Origin: an uncultured Acidobacteriota bacterium
Lineage (GTDB): Bacteria; Acidobacteriota; Terriglobia; UBA7540
Direction: 5' to 3'
NCBI GenBank assembly: GCA_963804995.1
Contig: CAWDSK010000002.1
Location: forward strand, 96,001-160,000
DNA: 64,000 nt
Shown piece after piece: positions 1 through 10,558 of this stretch. The position numbers were made by a program, and so were the translations under genes. Position 1 is the first letter of the stretch; each line of letters begins with the position of its first letter. The notes beneath the pieces are model-generated. The model saw only the letters and a program-made list of their open reading frames with translations, had not been told where the DNA came from and did no database searches.

Positions 1-702
1 AGCAGGGGCTTTACCCGAAAGGGGGACATATGCAACGGTCCCCGTATCTCCAGCGTCCGCCCTTTTCAAGGTCTGGTTCAGATTCAGAGGCTGTCCCTGG
101 GCGTCGTGCAGCCGAATATTCTGCCAATGCATGCGCAGCAGAACATAGGCTCCGGCTTCGCTCACCGCATGAATACCTTGGGCGCGCGCCAATCCCCGGT
201 CCCCGCAGACAATGTCCCCCGGCTGCGGGCGGTCGCGATCCAAGCGCTCGCCGCCCTGGTGGTCGGTAATCTCCACCCGTCGGAGACGACACTGGGCGGG
301 ATCATAGACGGCATGCAAACGCCAATCCGTTCCTTGGCTGCCGGGGATGCTCAGCACGGTGGCGTTGAGGATCCGAAAGGCTGGCCCCGGGGCAGGCTCG
401 GCCCGCAGTCGCTGCGTCAGCAGATGCGCCAAGACTCGCTCCAGCAGAGGAGGAGCCTTGCGCAAACGATGCAGGATAGAGGTGTCCTTGAGCTCCAGAG
501 CCGCCTGGGCGGACCAAGCCGCCGTGCTCCGCAAAGAGAGGTCTTCGATGGCATATGCTAGAATAACTCTCAATAACTCCTCACCGCTCTTAAGGTTGCG
601 CCATCGCGCCACGGCTCCACTGCGCTTAGCCAACTCACTCATATTGGCTGGCAAATACTGGCATAGATACTTCCAGTCGGTATCCATTAGATTCTTGTTC
701 AT
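1..702 (-). mobile_element. IS4-family (DDE_Tnp_1-type) transposase, 5' part; runs off the left edge of the window
   Basis: Manual translation of the minus strand from ATG 702: MNKNLMDTDWKYLCQYLP...LSLRSTAAW...FRILNATVLSIPGSQGTDWRLHAVYD...GDIVCGDRG. Open to position 1, so absent from the ORF track. Probable IS end near 800-817 (...GGGACACCACACTAG). Confidence 0.75.
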
Positions 703-1030
703 GCCAGAAGCATACATCAGCAGCAGAATAAGTCAATTTCTTATTCTAGCGCATATGGGGCTGGGGGGTGAGGGGGTCGGACAGCCTTGTCAAATATTAA
801 CCGGGACACCACACTAGGATCAGATATAAGGCGCTGAACACCCTACTGAGGGCTTGTTCAGAGATCCGCGACGTTCAAACGGCTCCCCAGCATGACCCCC
901 GGCAGCGCTCCGACCAGCCGCCGGAAGAAGAGTCCCGAATCGACATTGATTTCGGGCGCGGGCGCGGGGGAATAAGGAACCTTACAGCTAAGGCGTGGAG
1001 CAGGTCTATGACCGCCGTCAGAGGAAGGCG

Positions 1031-1180
1031 TTATACCTTTTCGAGTGCCAGTTCCAGGTCACGGATGATGTCGTGCCAATCTTCCAGGCCGATGGAGAGC
1101 CGGATGCCTTCCGGGTGCATCCCGAAGGCGCGCTTCTGGTTGTCAGGCAGGGCGGAGTGCGTCATCGAGAACGGGTGCTC
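1031..1180 (-). pseudogene. 3'-terminal remnant of a Cys/Met-metabolism PLP enzyme (cystathionine gamma-synthase / methionine gamma-lyase family)
   Basis: Minus strand reads EHPFSMTHSALPDNQKRAFGMHPEGIRLSIGLEDWHDIIRDLELALEKV*, the typical HPxSMTH...IRLSxGLE C-terminus. No homologous continuation upstream. Confidence 0.75.
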
Positions 1181-1603
1181 ACAGAACAAAAACAAGCAGT
1201 TACTTCTATGGCGGTTAATTTCTTAATGTGCTTTGACATTCGAAGCAATTGGAACCTCATTTGCGCTTATTTACGAGGGATTTGCCCGCGAAATAGGCGC
1301 TTTTCCCTTCTGCATGTGTAAGTGAGAACCGGAAACCACAAGCCTTTGGGGTATTTGCCAAGTGCCCACTGCACTTTGGATAGTAAAATTTTATGTTTCA
1401 GGACTCGCTTCTAGCGGTAGAATAAGAGAAGATAGCCTGAAAAACACGAAGGGTAAGAAAAGAGCCGGCAGCGCATGGCTGGCCGGATCGCGGTTTTTTT
1501 GAAATCAGGTTGGGGCAGGGTTTCGTTCGTTTCCAGGTGGCTCAGGGACAGACATAAAATTCAAGTGAATCGCGGCAGGAGCCGCCCATAGGGAGTGTAG
1601 ACT

Positions 1604-4513
1604 ATGTGCAGGAAACTTTTTGGTCTGCTGGCTGTGCTTTCGTTAGCAATGGCCGCGCTGGGACTGGCTGTAACGCCCGCCAGCGCGCAGGGGAACTCAG
1701 GCAAGGCTATCGTCATAAAAGAGGTGAAGCACGACAAGCATGCTTCGAGTCCGGACGACCAACTTCCGTATCCTGGGGGTCAATCGGCCTCCAACCATGA
1801 AAAGGTCCTGCGCCAGACGCATGCCCCAGGAATAATGCGCAAATTGCGGGACCCGGCGTTGCAGACCTCGACTGGTCCCACCGTGGCGACGACCTCGGGA
1901 GTGGGTTTCGCGGGGGTGGGGGCCAATGGCTGGGCGCCGCCAGACACCAATGGCGCGGCAGGATTGACGCAATACGTGCAGTGGGTAAACGTCGAATTCG
2001 CCGCTTTCAATAAATCTAACGGGAGTATCGTGTACGGCCCGGCCGAGGGCAACAGCATCTGGAGCGGCTTCGGCGGCCAATGCCAAAGCAATAACAGCGG
2101 CGACATCATCGCGCAGTTTGACAAGCAAGCGGGCGTTTGGGTGATGATGCAGGCCGCTTTCACTTCTCCCTATACTATTTGCATTGCAGTCTCCACCACT
2201 GCCACCTGGACCAGCAGTGGCATGACCTGGAACCGTTACGCATTTCCCGTTCCGAACGACACGACCAATTTCCCGGACTACCCCAAGCTTTCCGTTTGGC
2301 CCGACGGGTACTACCTTTCCTACAACAGCTTTACCAATGGTAATAGCTGGGCCGGCCCCCAGGCGTGCGTCATGAACCGCGCCGCCATGTTGGCGGGCAC
2401 GACGGCTACGATGCAATGTATGCCGAGTCCCGGGACATCAATTGAAAGCATGCTGCCTTCGGATCTGGATGGCGCCGTCCCGGGAGTCTCCGGGACCACG
2501 CAAGCTCCACCCGCCGGTTCACCCGCCTACTATGTGGGCATCTACGGTGGCAGTAATGCCGAGTTGGCCTTGTTCAAATTCCACGTCGACTGGACGACTC
2601 CTTCCAACTCCACCTTCACCGGCCCGACCTACGTCAGCGTTAGCACATTCAACGAAGCCTGCGGCGGAGGGACTTGCATCCCGCAGCCGAACACGACTCA
2701 GGAACTCGATTCCCTCGCCGATCGGTTGATGTACCGGCTGGCTTACCGCAATTTCGGCAGCCATGAGTCGCTGGTGGTTTCGCACTCCGTCGACCCGGGG
2801 ACGGGGCAGTCCGGCATCCGCTGGTACGAAATCCGCAGCCCCGGCTCTTCGCCGACCGTGTTTCAACAGGGCACTTTTGCACCGTCCGATACCAGCTATC
2901 GCTGGATGCCCAGTATCGCCATGGACAAGGCCGGGGACATCGCGGTGGGATATAGCGAGTCAAGTTCCACCGTGGCACCCTCAATCTTTTACACGGGCCG
3001 GCAGGCGAGCGATCCCGCCGGCACCATGGAGTCCGAGGCGCCCATCCTGAATGGAGCCTTCTCGCAGACCAGCGGCCTTTCCCGGTGGGGCGATTACAGC
3101 GCCATGTCCGTTGACCCCGCGGACGATTGCACCTTCTGGTACACCAACGAATATTTGCCCTCGAATGGCACTTTCAACTGGGCCACACAGATTGCCTCGT
3201 TCGTCTTCCCGGGATGCTCCAGCCCGCCAGGACCCAGCTTCACGCTTTCCCCCAGTCCTTCTTCACGAACAGTGACCGCTGGGAATCCGACGAGCTATAC
3301 CATCAATGTGAATCCCTCCGGTGGATTCACAGGGGACGTCACTTTGGGTGTGACTAACGTGTCGCCTTCGCCTTCGAGCGGCAGCATAGGCACAAGCTTC
3401 GTCGGCAACCCGGTCACTATAAACAGTCCAAACTCCGGCTCGGCGACGCTAAACGTGACGACGACAGCCGATGTAACGCCGGGTACGTACACCATCACCG
3501 TCCAAGGAACCAATGGCAGCTTGAATCCCACCACCAGCGTGACGCTGGTGGTCAACAGCTCTGGACCACCGCCCGACTTTGGTGTCGGCGCTGCTTCCGG
3601 AACCATCACGGTACCGGTCAACTCGAAGGCCACGGATAACATCACCGTGACGCCTTCCGGCGGATTCACGGGCAACGTCAGTCTCAGCCTCACTGGTTTG
3701 CCTTCGCAAACAAGCTCCAGCTTCAGCGTCAATCCGGTTTCGATTACTGGGGCTGGATCGGGAAGCTCCGTCCTGACCATATCGACGAACCGGCATGCCA
3801 CGCAAGGCACTTACTCCCTGTTGCTTACCGCGACCAGCGGCAGCCTGACACACATGCTTCCCCTGACGCTGGTCATTGGGACGCCACCGAACTTTTCGCT
3901 TTCGGCATCGCCATCCAGCCAGACGGTGGTCCAGGGATCACCCACCAGCTATACGGTGACAGTTACTCCATCCGGCGGATTCACGGGAACCGTGGGCTTT
4001 GGCGTCACCGGCTTGCCGAGCGGTGCCGGCTACACCCTTCCTTCGGTTAGCGGCGGCTCCGGCAATTCCACGCTGAACGTCACAACCAGCGGCTCAACGC
4101 CGACAGGCAGCTATCCGTTGACGATTACCGGCACCAGCGGCAGCCTCACTCATACGGCGTCGGTCACGCTGGTGGTCAATGCCCCCCCCACGGGGAGCAT
4201 CTCGCTCAGCCCCAACCCCGGCAGCGTGTCCATCTCACGGGGTAAATCCGGCAGCAGCACTATCACCGTGCAGGGCGCGAGTGGATTCTCGGGATCCGTG
4301 ACGTTGACCATTAGCGGGCTGCCGTCCAAGGTTACCGGCAGCTTCAGCCCCAACCCCGTCACGCTCACCACGAACGGCTCAGCGGGCTCCTCGCTTACGA
4401 TCACAGTCAACAAAAAGGCCGGTACGGTAACCAACCAGACGTTGACGATTACAGGGAGGGACTCCACTGGCACGATCACCAATACGACGACGATACTCCT
4501 GACCATTACTTAG
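1604..4513 (+). CDS. Secreted protein: signal peptide, ~500-aa conserved domain of unknown function, four C-terminal Ser/Thr-rich Ig-like repeats
   Basis: 969-aa ORF with signal peptide (..TPASA/Q), motifs PPDTNGAAG, FPDYPK and RWGDYS, then four ~105-aa repeats (FxLSxSPSSxTV...PSGGFTG...GTYxxTxxG...TLVV). Confidence 0.85.
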   Translation: MCRKLFGLLAVLSLAMAALGLAVTPASAQGNSGKAIVIKEVKHDKHASSPDDQLPYPGGQSASNHEKVLRQTHAPGIMRKLRDPALQTSTGPTVATTSGVGFAGVGANGWAPPDTNGAAGLTQYVQWVNVEFAAFNKSNGSIVYGPAEGNSIWSGFGGQCQSNNSGDIIAQFDKQAGVWVMMQAAFTSPYTICIAVSTTATWTSSGMTWNRYAFPVPNDTTNFPDYPKLSVWPDGYYLSYNSFTNGNSWAGPQACVMNRAAMLAGTTATMQCMPSPGTSIESMLPSDLDGAVPGVSGTTQAPPAGSPAYYVGIYGGSNAELALFKFHVDWTTPSNSTFTGPTYVSVSTFNEACGGGTCIPQPNTTQELDSLADRLMYRLAYRNFGSHESLVVSHSVDPGTGQSGIRWYEIRSPGSSPTVFQQGTFAPSDTSYRWMPSIAMDKAGDIAVGYSESSSTVAPSIFYTGRQASDPAGTMESEAPILNGAFSQTSGLSRWGDYSAMSVDPADDCTFWYTNEYLPSNGTFNWATQIASFVFPGCSSPPGPSFTLSPSPSSRTVTAGNPTSYTINVNPSGGFTGDVTLGVTNVSPSPSSGSIGTSFVGNPVTINSPNSGSATLNVTTTADVTPGTYTITVQGTNGSLNPTTSVTLVVNSSGPPPDFGVGAASGTITVPVNSKATDNITVTPSGGFTGNVSLSLTGLPSQTSSSFSVNPVSITGAGSGSSVLTISTNRHATQGTYSLLLTATSGSLTHMLPLTLVIGTPPNFSLSASPSSQTVVQGSPTSYTVTVTPSGGFTGTVGFGVTGLPSGAGYTLPSVSGGSGNSTLNVTTSGSTPTGSYPLTITGTSGSLTHTASVTLVVNAPPTGSISLSPNPGSVSISRGKSGSSTITVQGASGFSGSVTLTISGLPSKVTGSFSPNPVTLTTNGSAGSSLTITVNKKAGTVTNQTLTITGRDSTGTITNTTTILLTIT

Positions 4514-4556
4514 TTCGCGCTATGCCAACTCGCAAACGTGAGAAGTAGACACTTTC

Positions 4557-4586
4557 AGGGCCCCCGTTAGGGGGCCCTTTCTTTTT
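4557..4586 (+). terminator. Rho-independent terminator
   Basis: AGGGCCCCC-GTTA-GGGGGCCCT hairpin followed by TTCTTTTT, ~45 nt after the stop of the 969-aa gene. Confidence 0.8.
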
Positions 4587-4744
4587 CCGCGCTGGATGCA
4601 GACTATTCCCTGCCCGGCGCTCAACCCCGCTCGCCAAAAATTTGCATGCGCCATCGAGGGAGAGAAGAAAAAAGGTGTATCCTGTGCGATCCATAGGGAG
4701 GCCGGAAAGCAAGCCAGCACGCTGAGAGAACGGGAGGCCGTCGA

Positions 4745-5635
4745 GTGAGAATCGTCAGCATCGGTGAAGTCCTATGGGATGTTATCGGGGATAAGGAATA
4801 CCTGGGCGGAGCGACCTTCAACTTTTCCGCGCATGCGGCACGGCTCGGGCACAGCGTATTTTTTGTGAGCGCCGTGGGGCAGGACGCACGCGGGCAGCGC
4901 GTCCTGGAGCGCATGGCGGAAATGGGCCTCTCGACGCGCTTCGTTCCGGCGCTGGCCACGCACCCCACGGGTGTGGTCACCGTTGAGCTCGATGCGGCGG
5001 GCCAACCGCGCTTCACACTTCACCACCCCGCGGCTTATGATTCGCCGCAACTCACCGAAGCCGAGATGGCTGAGCTCTTATCTCCCCAGCCTGACTGGAT
5101 CTATTACGGCACTCTGTTTGAGATGAGTCCTCAGGCGAAAGATCTGACCTACAAGTTGCTGGACTCCCGCGGCAGTGCACGGCTTTTCTATGACGTCAAC
5201 CTGCGCAAGGATCACTATCAGGCCCCGCTGGTGGGTGAGCTGATATCGCGCGCTCAGGTGGTGAAGATGAATGCGGACGAAGCGAGCGAAGTTGATCAAA
5301 TGTTCGGCCGAATCCCGCAGTCGCTTGAAGACTTTTGCCGCAACCACGCCCGCGAGTTTGGCTGGGATGCTGTTTGCATCACCCGGGGAGAGAATGGCTG
5401 CGCCCTGCTGGTCGGCCACGAGTATGTGGAAGCGAGCGGTTACCCCGTGCGCACCCAGGATACGGTAGGAGCAGGGGACGCGTTCGCCGCCGCCCTCATG
5501 CACGGCCTGAGCGCCCACTGGAGGCCGCGCGAGATTGCGGACTTCGCGAATCGTCTTGCGGCCCTCGTCGCTAGCCGCCCCGGAGCCATCCCGCCCTGGA
5601 CCCTCGAAGAAGTGCGGGCGCTCTCGAAGCCGTGA
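4745..5635 (+). CDS. PfkB-family carbohydrate kinase (fructokinase-like)
   Basis: GEVLWD, GGATFN, YDVNLR and DTVGAGDAF PfkB signatures. Confidence 0.92.
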   Translation: MRIVSIGEVLWDVIGDKEYLGGATFNFSAHAARLGHSVFFVSAVGQDARGQRVLERMAEMGLSTRFVPALATHPTGVVTVELDAAGQPRFTLHHPAAYDSPQLTEAEMAELLSPQPDWIYYGTLFEMSPQAKDLTYKLLDSRGSARLFYDVNLRKDHYQAPLVGELISRAQVVKMNADEASEVDQMFGRIPQSLEDFCRNHAREFGWDAVCITRGENGCALLVGHEYVEASGYPVRTQDTVGAGDAFAAALMHGLSAHWRPREIADFANRLAALVASRPGAIPPWTLEEVRALSKP

Positions 5636-5754
5636 AGGATTACTATCTTTACCGCAGAGGCGCTGAGACGCAGAGATATGGCCTTTGGACTTCTATTAAG
5701 GCTTGGCCGCGCTGCTACGGCTTGAGAAGGGACCCTCCCACAGGGACTAAGAGC

Positions 5755-6174
5755 TTATCCGTAAATAATAATTGTCTGTCGCCAGCAGATCATGGCCGCG
5801 GCTAAGGTTAGTAGGGCGACGTAGCTTTCCTCGGTCTTTTCAAAGCTCACCAACACCTTGCGGTATCGGTTGAGCCAGGAATGGGTCCGCTCGACCACCC
5901 ATCGGCGAGCCTTGTAACCGGGGACGATACGTTTTGCTTCCATCTCTTCTCGCTGTTGCTTGATATGCGGCCGGTAGTGGCGGTTCGTGGCCGCTTGCCG
6001 AGCGCGGGATCCCTTGTAACCGGCATCGGCACAAAGGTGCTGGGGCTTTCTCGGTCGCGGTGCCGGTCGCGCTCTCACCACCTGGTCGAGGGTGGTGGCC
6101 AGCAGCTTCACATCATGCAGGTTGGCTCCGCTGACGGCGAGCGATAGTGGGACGCCACGCCCGTCGACTAACAA
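5755..6174 (-). CDS. IS5 transposase OrfB (DDE part, probably made by -1 frameshift)
   Basis: LVDGRGVPL, ADAGY and RWVVERTHSWL motifs. Stop codon lies inside the terminal repeat. Confidence 0.9.
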   Translation of the reverse strand: MLVDGRGVPLSLAVSGANLHDVKLLATTLDQVVRARPAPRPRKPQHLCADAGYKGSRARQAATNRHYRPHIKQQREEMEAKRIVPGYKARRWVVERTHSWLNRYRKVLVSFEKTEESYVALLTLAAAMICWRQTIIIYG

Positions 6175-6598
6175 ACTTCGCTTGCGCCCATTTTTTTCCC
6201 CGATCGGTGGGATTGGGTCCCACGCAAGTCAAGGCCAGCGGGGCTTTCACCATCGCTCCGTCGATGCTTTGCCAGTCCCAGGCAATGCCCTCCAGCTCAT
6301 CGTACTCGGCCAGCCCCGACCGCCAGAGCGCCAGAAAGAAACCCGCCCGGTGCCACTGTTGAAAATGCTTGTGGACCGCGCTGGCGCTGCCGAATTCCTT
6401 GGGCAAGGCCTTCCACTGACATCCCGTGCGCAGCACATACACAATGGCCGAGAAGATCCGGCGCGCCGGCATTGGCTTCCTCCCACCCCCCGGCTTCCGC
6501 CTATACTTTCGGCCTTTCGACCGCTGTCGAACCGGAATCAGCGGTTCGACTTTCACCCAAAACTCGTCGGATACTTCCCAAGATTTTATCTGCGGCAT
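6113..6598 (-). CDS. IS5 transposase OrfA (N-terminal part)
   Basis: YVLRTGCQWKALP, IDG and GPNPTDRGK motifs. Slippery GGGGAAAAAAAATG on the minus strand at ~6189-6202 joins it to OrfB. Confidence 0.9.
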   Translation of the reverse strand: MPQIKSWEVSDEFWVKVEPLIPVRQRSKGRKYRRKPGGGRKPMPARRIFSAIVYVLRTGCQWKALPKEFGSASAVHKHFQQWHRAGFFLALWRSGLAEYDELEGIAWDWQSIDGAMVKAPLALTCVGPNPTDRGKKWAQAKFVSRRAWRPTIARRQRSQPA

Positions 6599-6617
6599 CT
6601 TGGGTCATAATCATGCA

Positions 6618-7223
6618 TCAAATTGCAGCAGACTTCAATAAGTATTTACGGATAAGCTCTAAGGTTCTCTTGAAGGTGGCGTTCGTCACCTCAGCAAAAG
6701 CCAGATACAAGGCGTCGGCTCCGGTAACTAATCCCACCCAACCTCCTGCCGTGTGCCACCCCGCTCCCATTCCCAGGTCTCCACCTGCCAGCAGGAAGAA
6801 GGTAATCCAAAGGAGAAGGAAGATAGTCCAAAGGGTGAAGTTGGCGCGGAAGGTGGCAACCCACATCAGGAACGTGAAGATCCCCCACATCAGAAGGGTG
6901 ACTCCCACGGCGTTGGCGGCGGGTGGCTTGATCCATCCCGCCCCCACGGTCCAGAGGAGGAAGGCGTACCACCACCAGAACAGACCATAGGAAGTGAAGG
7001 CCACGGTCCCAAAGGTGTTGCCGTTTTTGAACTCCAGTATGCCGGCAATGATTTGCGCCACGCCTCCATATGCGAATGCCAGCGGAACAACCACCGCCAA
7101 AAGCGTTGGAGTGTCTCCCTTCAATAACCCCGCATTAATTGAACTCAGAACCACTGTGGTCAGCCCGAACCCTGCCAGTCCAAGAGGGGCGGGGTTGGCC
7201 GGATGTGCCATCTCCTCAGGCAT
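6618..7223 (-). CDS. satP: Acetate uptake transporter (GPR1/FUN34/YaaH family); C-terminus replaced by IS5 sequence
   Basis: ANPAPLGLAGFG and GNTFG..AFTSYG motifs, six TM segments. The native tail is stranded at 5715-5747. Confidence 0.9.
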   Translation of the reverse strand: MPEEMAHPANPAPLGLAGFGLTTVVLSSINAGLLKGDTPTLLAVVVPLAFAYGGVAQIIAGILEFKNGNTFGTVAFTSYGLFWWWYAFLLWTVGAGWIKPPAANAVGVTLLMWGIFTFLMWVATFRANFTLWTIFLLLWITFFLLAGGDLGMGAGWHTAGGWVGLVTGADALYLAFAEVTNATFKRTLELIRKYLLKSAAI

Positions 7224-7626
7224 GGAATCCTCCTCGCTGCTGGATTTGACAAGCTAAGCCGCTGGGAATGTAGATTGGTGCACCAGGACTAGATTCAGGC
7301 TTCCCGGCGTGGAGGGATTATATACCTAACGCTTGTGGTTAGGAGAGGCATCCGCGTAATCTGTGGACGCGTACCTATACAGTCGATGCGACTGAACCGA
7401 AAATGAAAAGTCCGAGGGAAAAATGCAGGAAGGTGGGGAAGTTGGTGGGACAAGGGCCGCGTAGGGCCGCGGAGAGCTACAAGTGGGACAGTCCCACATT
7501 GACAAAAAGTCGTGGGCCTACAGAAAGTAGAGTCGGAAAGCACGCGATGACGAGCCCGACCTCCTTCCCCGCAACTATCCTGACCTGGTCGGGAGGGCGT
7601 CCGCATTTGTTCTCCTTCGACCGCCT

Positions 7627-8685
7627 TCAGGGCCGAGCTTCCAGCACCAGGTTGAAGGGCGTCTCGGCGGCGCGGCGGAAGCTCTTGAATCCCCCCTGCA
7701 TCACCACGTCGCGCAGGCGCGCCTCACCCGCTTGGGCTCCGAGCGCCAAGCCCACCTCCTGCGCCCGTGAGGCTGGCGTGCAAATCATTGTGGAAGCGGA
7801 AAAGTAAACCCGCCCAATGGGATTGAGGTTCTGCTCCACGCGGTCGTGCGCAAAGGGTTCGACGATCATCCATGTCCCATTCGGCGCGAGCGTCCCACGC
7901 ACGTGCGCCGCGGCTCCGGCGGGGTCGCCCATATCGTGCAAGCAATCGAAGAACGCCACCAGGTCGTAGCCCTTTCCCGGGAATTCCTTCGCCCAGGCCA
8001 CCTGGAAGCCCACACGGTCGGCAAGCCCTGCCTTCTCCGCGGCCTTCCAGGCATGTTCAATCGAGGGCGCGTGATAATCGAAGCCCACGAACTGCGACTT
8101 CGGGTAGGCCTTGGCCATCAAGATCGTCGACGCTCCGTGCCCGCAGCCCACATCGGCGACCTTGGCGCCCGCCTTCAACTTTGCCTCCACACCGTCGAGC
8201 GCCGGGATCCACGAGCTGATCAGGTTCGCCGCATAGCTGGGCCGGAAAAAGCGCTCGGTGCCTTGAAACAGGTCGGCGCAGTGTTCGTGCCAGCCCACTC
8301 CGGCCCCGGTGCGAAAGGCCTCAGTGATGCGGGGTTCATCTTTCAGGACCGAGGCGACAACTTGAAAAGCCCCGGGCAGGTAGGCGGGACTATCCTCAAC
8401 TGCCAGCGCAAAGGCCTGCTCATCCGGCAGCGTGTAGCGCGCCGTAGCGGCGTCGTAGGTAACGAATCCGCCCGCCGCCTGGGCATTCAGCCACTCGCGC
8501 ACGTAGCGTTCCGTAGTGCTCGTCTTCGCGGCCAACTCCGCGGGAGTCAGGGGTCCGGCCCCTGCCATCGCCTTGTACAATCCCAGCTTGTCGCCGATGA
8601 TCACCAGCGCAGCGTTCATCCCTGCGCCAAGTTCTCCTAGTGCTTGACCCATGAACTTATCGAGTTTGGCTGGATCGATTTGCAT
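7627..8685 (-). CDS. Class I SAM-dependent methyltransferase with N-terminal winged helix (Rv2258c-like)
   Basis: ERYVREWL, DVGCGHG, FDCLHDMGDP and LGAQAGE motifs. Confidence 0.9.
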   Translation of the reverse strand: MQIDPAKLDKFMGQALGELGAGMNAALVIIGDKLGLYKAMAGAGPLTPAELAAKTSTTERYVREWLNAQAAGGFVTYDAATARYTLPDEQAFALAVEDSPAYLPGAFQVVASVLKDEPRITEAFRTGAGVGWHEHCADLFQGTERFFRPSYAANLISSWIPALDGVEAKLKAGAKVADVGCGHGASTILMAKAYPKSQFVGFDYHAPSIEHAWKAAEKAGLADRVGFQVAWAKEFPGKGYDLVAFFDCLHDMGDPAGAAAHVRGTLAPNGTWMIVEPFAHDRVEQNLNPIGRVYFSASTMICTPASRAQEVGLALGAQAGEARLRDVVMQGGFKSFRRAAETPFNLVLEARP

Positions 8686-8853
8686 GGCTCCTCCATTTTG
8701 TTCAAGTGTATTCGGGAAGAAATACGCACCGAGGGCTCTGCTTCATGAACCAGGCGCACAGGAATTTGAGTTGTCAGGTTTGAGCCCTTACTGCAATAAG
8801 AAGTTTAGCCTGAAAGCCACCGTGAAACAAGAGGAGGTCAACTGCGGTCATAC

Positions 8854-8883
8854 TTGACTCCGCCTTGCCGCCCTGTTCATAAT
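8854..8883 (+). promoter_or_regulatory. Putative sigma70 promoter of the aldehyde dehydrogenase gene
   Basis: TTGACT-N18-CATAAT. Confidence 0.4.
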
Positions 8884-8987
8884 CTCTTGCGCCTCTAAGA
8901 GGGAAGTCTGTCAGGGTGAAAGGGCAAACTGATTGCGACCGGGCCCTATGGGGGGCGATGCGCCGGCGAGCTTGTCGAGGGGGGAAT

Positions 8988-10445
8988 ATGCCAGACGTTT
9001 ATCGGAATTATGTGGCGGGTGAGTGGGTGGAGTGCAGATCGAAAAAAACCTTCCCGAATATCAATCCCGCCAACACTGGTGAAATCATTGGGCACTTCCA
9101 GGCTTCCGGCCCGGACGATGTTCAGGCGGCGTGTGAAGCCGCGGCAAAAGCACAGCCTGCGTGGGCCGCAGCGCCCGCACCCCGGCGGGGGGAATATCTC
9201 TTCAAGGCGGCGGAATTGCTGGAGAGCCGCCTCCAGAAGATCAGCGAAGAGATGACCCGCGAGGAAGGCAAAACCCTGCCCGAAGCCAAAGGCGAGGTAA
9301 AGCGCGCCATCAATATTCTGCGCTACTTCGGCGGCGAGGGCGCGCGCCAGTTCAGCTACCAGATTCCCTCTGAGCGCGAGAAAGTCTTTTGCTACACCCT
9401 GCGCAAGCCTCTGGGTGTGGTGGCCCTGATCACTCCCTGGAATTTTCCGAGCGCCATTCCCGCCTGGAAGATGGCGCCGGCGCTGGTGGCCGGGAACACG
9501 GTGGTCATCAAGCCCGCGTCGCTGGCGCCGCTAAGCGCCTATCGCATCGTCGAGGCGCTGGTCGAGGCGGGAATCCCGGCGGGTGTCCTGAATTACGTGA
9601 CCGGCGCAGGGGGCGCCGTCGGCAACACCCTGATTGAGCACCCCGCCATTCGCGCCGTTTCCTTCACGGGTTCGTGCGACGTGGGCAATGGGCTGTATGA
9701 AAAGGTCACGCGCCGCCGGGTGCGCGTGCAGCTTGAAATGGGCGGCAAGAACCCCACCATTGTCCTGAAGGATGCGGACTTGGATTACGCCGCGGATGTG
9801 CTGGTGAACGGCGCCTTCTTCTCCACCGGGCAAAAGTGCACCGCGTGCAGCCGCGCCATCATTGAAAAATCCATTTACGAGCCCTTGCTCGAAAAACTCA
9901 TCGCCAAGACGCGCAAGCTGAAGGTGGGCAACGGGCTCGAACCCGGCGTGGAGATTGGCCCCGCCGTGGATGCCGCCCAGCTCGAGACCGACCTGAAGTA
10001 CATCGAAATCGCGAAGAACGAGGGCGCCAAGCTGGTGGCGGGCGGCAAGCGGCTGACCGGCGGAATCTACGATCAGGGTTACTTCGTTGAGCCCACGCTC
10101 TTCACGGGTGTGACGCCCGGAATGCGCATCGCGCAGGAGGAAGTCTTTGGCCCCGTACTGGGCTTGATGGTGGCCGAGGATTTCGAGGATGCTATGCGCA
10201 TCGCCAACGGGGTGCGCTTCGGCCTTTCGGCCGCCATCGTCTCACGCGACCTCACACGCGTTCACGAGTTCATCAACCGGATCGAAGCCGGGCTCATCAC
10301 CGTCAACCTGCCGACCGCGGGCGTCGAGTACCAGCTTCCCTTCGGCGGCACCAAGGAGTCGAGTTTCGGCATGCGTGAACAGGGACCGGCGGCGCTCGAT
10401 TTCTATACCGAGACGCGCACGGTGTATATGAGGTATGCGCAGTAA
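8988..10445 (+). CDS. NAD(P)-dependent aldehyde dehydrogenase (2-ketoglutarate semialdehyde dehydrogenase-like)
   Basis: [25 protein letters not shown] and EEVFGP motifs. ATG 8988 follows a GAGGGGG ribosome-binding site. Confidence 0.92.
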   Translation: MPDVYRNYVAGEWVECRSKKTFPNINPANTGEIIGHFQASGPDDVQAACEAAAKAQPAWAAAPAPRRGEYLFKAAELLESRLQKISEEMTREEGKTLPEAKGEVKRAINILRYFGGEGARQFSYQIPSEREKVFCYTLRKPLGVVALITPWNFPSAIPAWKMAPALVAGNTVVIKPASLAPLSAYRIVEALVEAGIPAGVLNYVTGAGGAVGNTLIEHPAIRAVSFTGSCDVGNGLYEKVTRRRVRVQLEMGGKNPTIVLKDADLDYAADVLVNGAFFSTGQKCTACSRAIIEKSIYEPLLEKLIAKTRKLKVGNGLEPGVEIGPAVDAAQLETDLKYIEIAKNEGAKLVAGGKRLTGGIYDQGYFVEPTLFTGVTPGMRIAQEEVFGPVLGLMVAEDFEDAMRIANGVRFGLSAAIVSRDLTRVHEFINRIEAGLITVNLPTAGVEYQLPFGGTKESSFGMREQGPAALDFYTETRTVYMRYAQ

Positions 10446-10558
10446 GGAATGGTCCGTTGTCAGTGGTCAGTGGTCCGTTGCAACCACGGGACGAAGCTGA
10501 GATCTAACAACGGACAACAGACTACGGACAACTGACGTTCTTCAATCAGGAGCCACTT

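Larger units (their letters stand above)
5751..6659 (-). mobile_element. IS5-family insertion sequence (909 bp, two-ORF frameshift type)
   Basis: Perfect 17-bp terminal inverted repeats GAGCTTATCCGTAAATA (5751-5767 / 6643-6659) and a 3-bp TAA target duplication (5748-5750 / 6660-6662). Confidence 0.95.

Noticed and set aside
106..817. Plus-strand ORFs of 151 aa and 156 aa
   Set aside because: Shadows of the minus-strand IS4-family transposase.
7224..7620. Riboswitch or sigma54 promoter upstream of satP
   Set aside because: Only a GTGGGACAGTCCCAC near-palindrome (possible operator) is visible; no convincing -24/-12 motif or aptamer.
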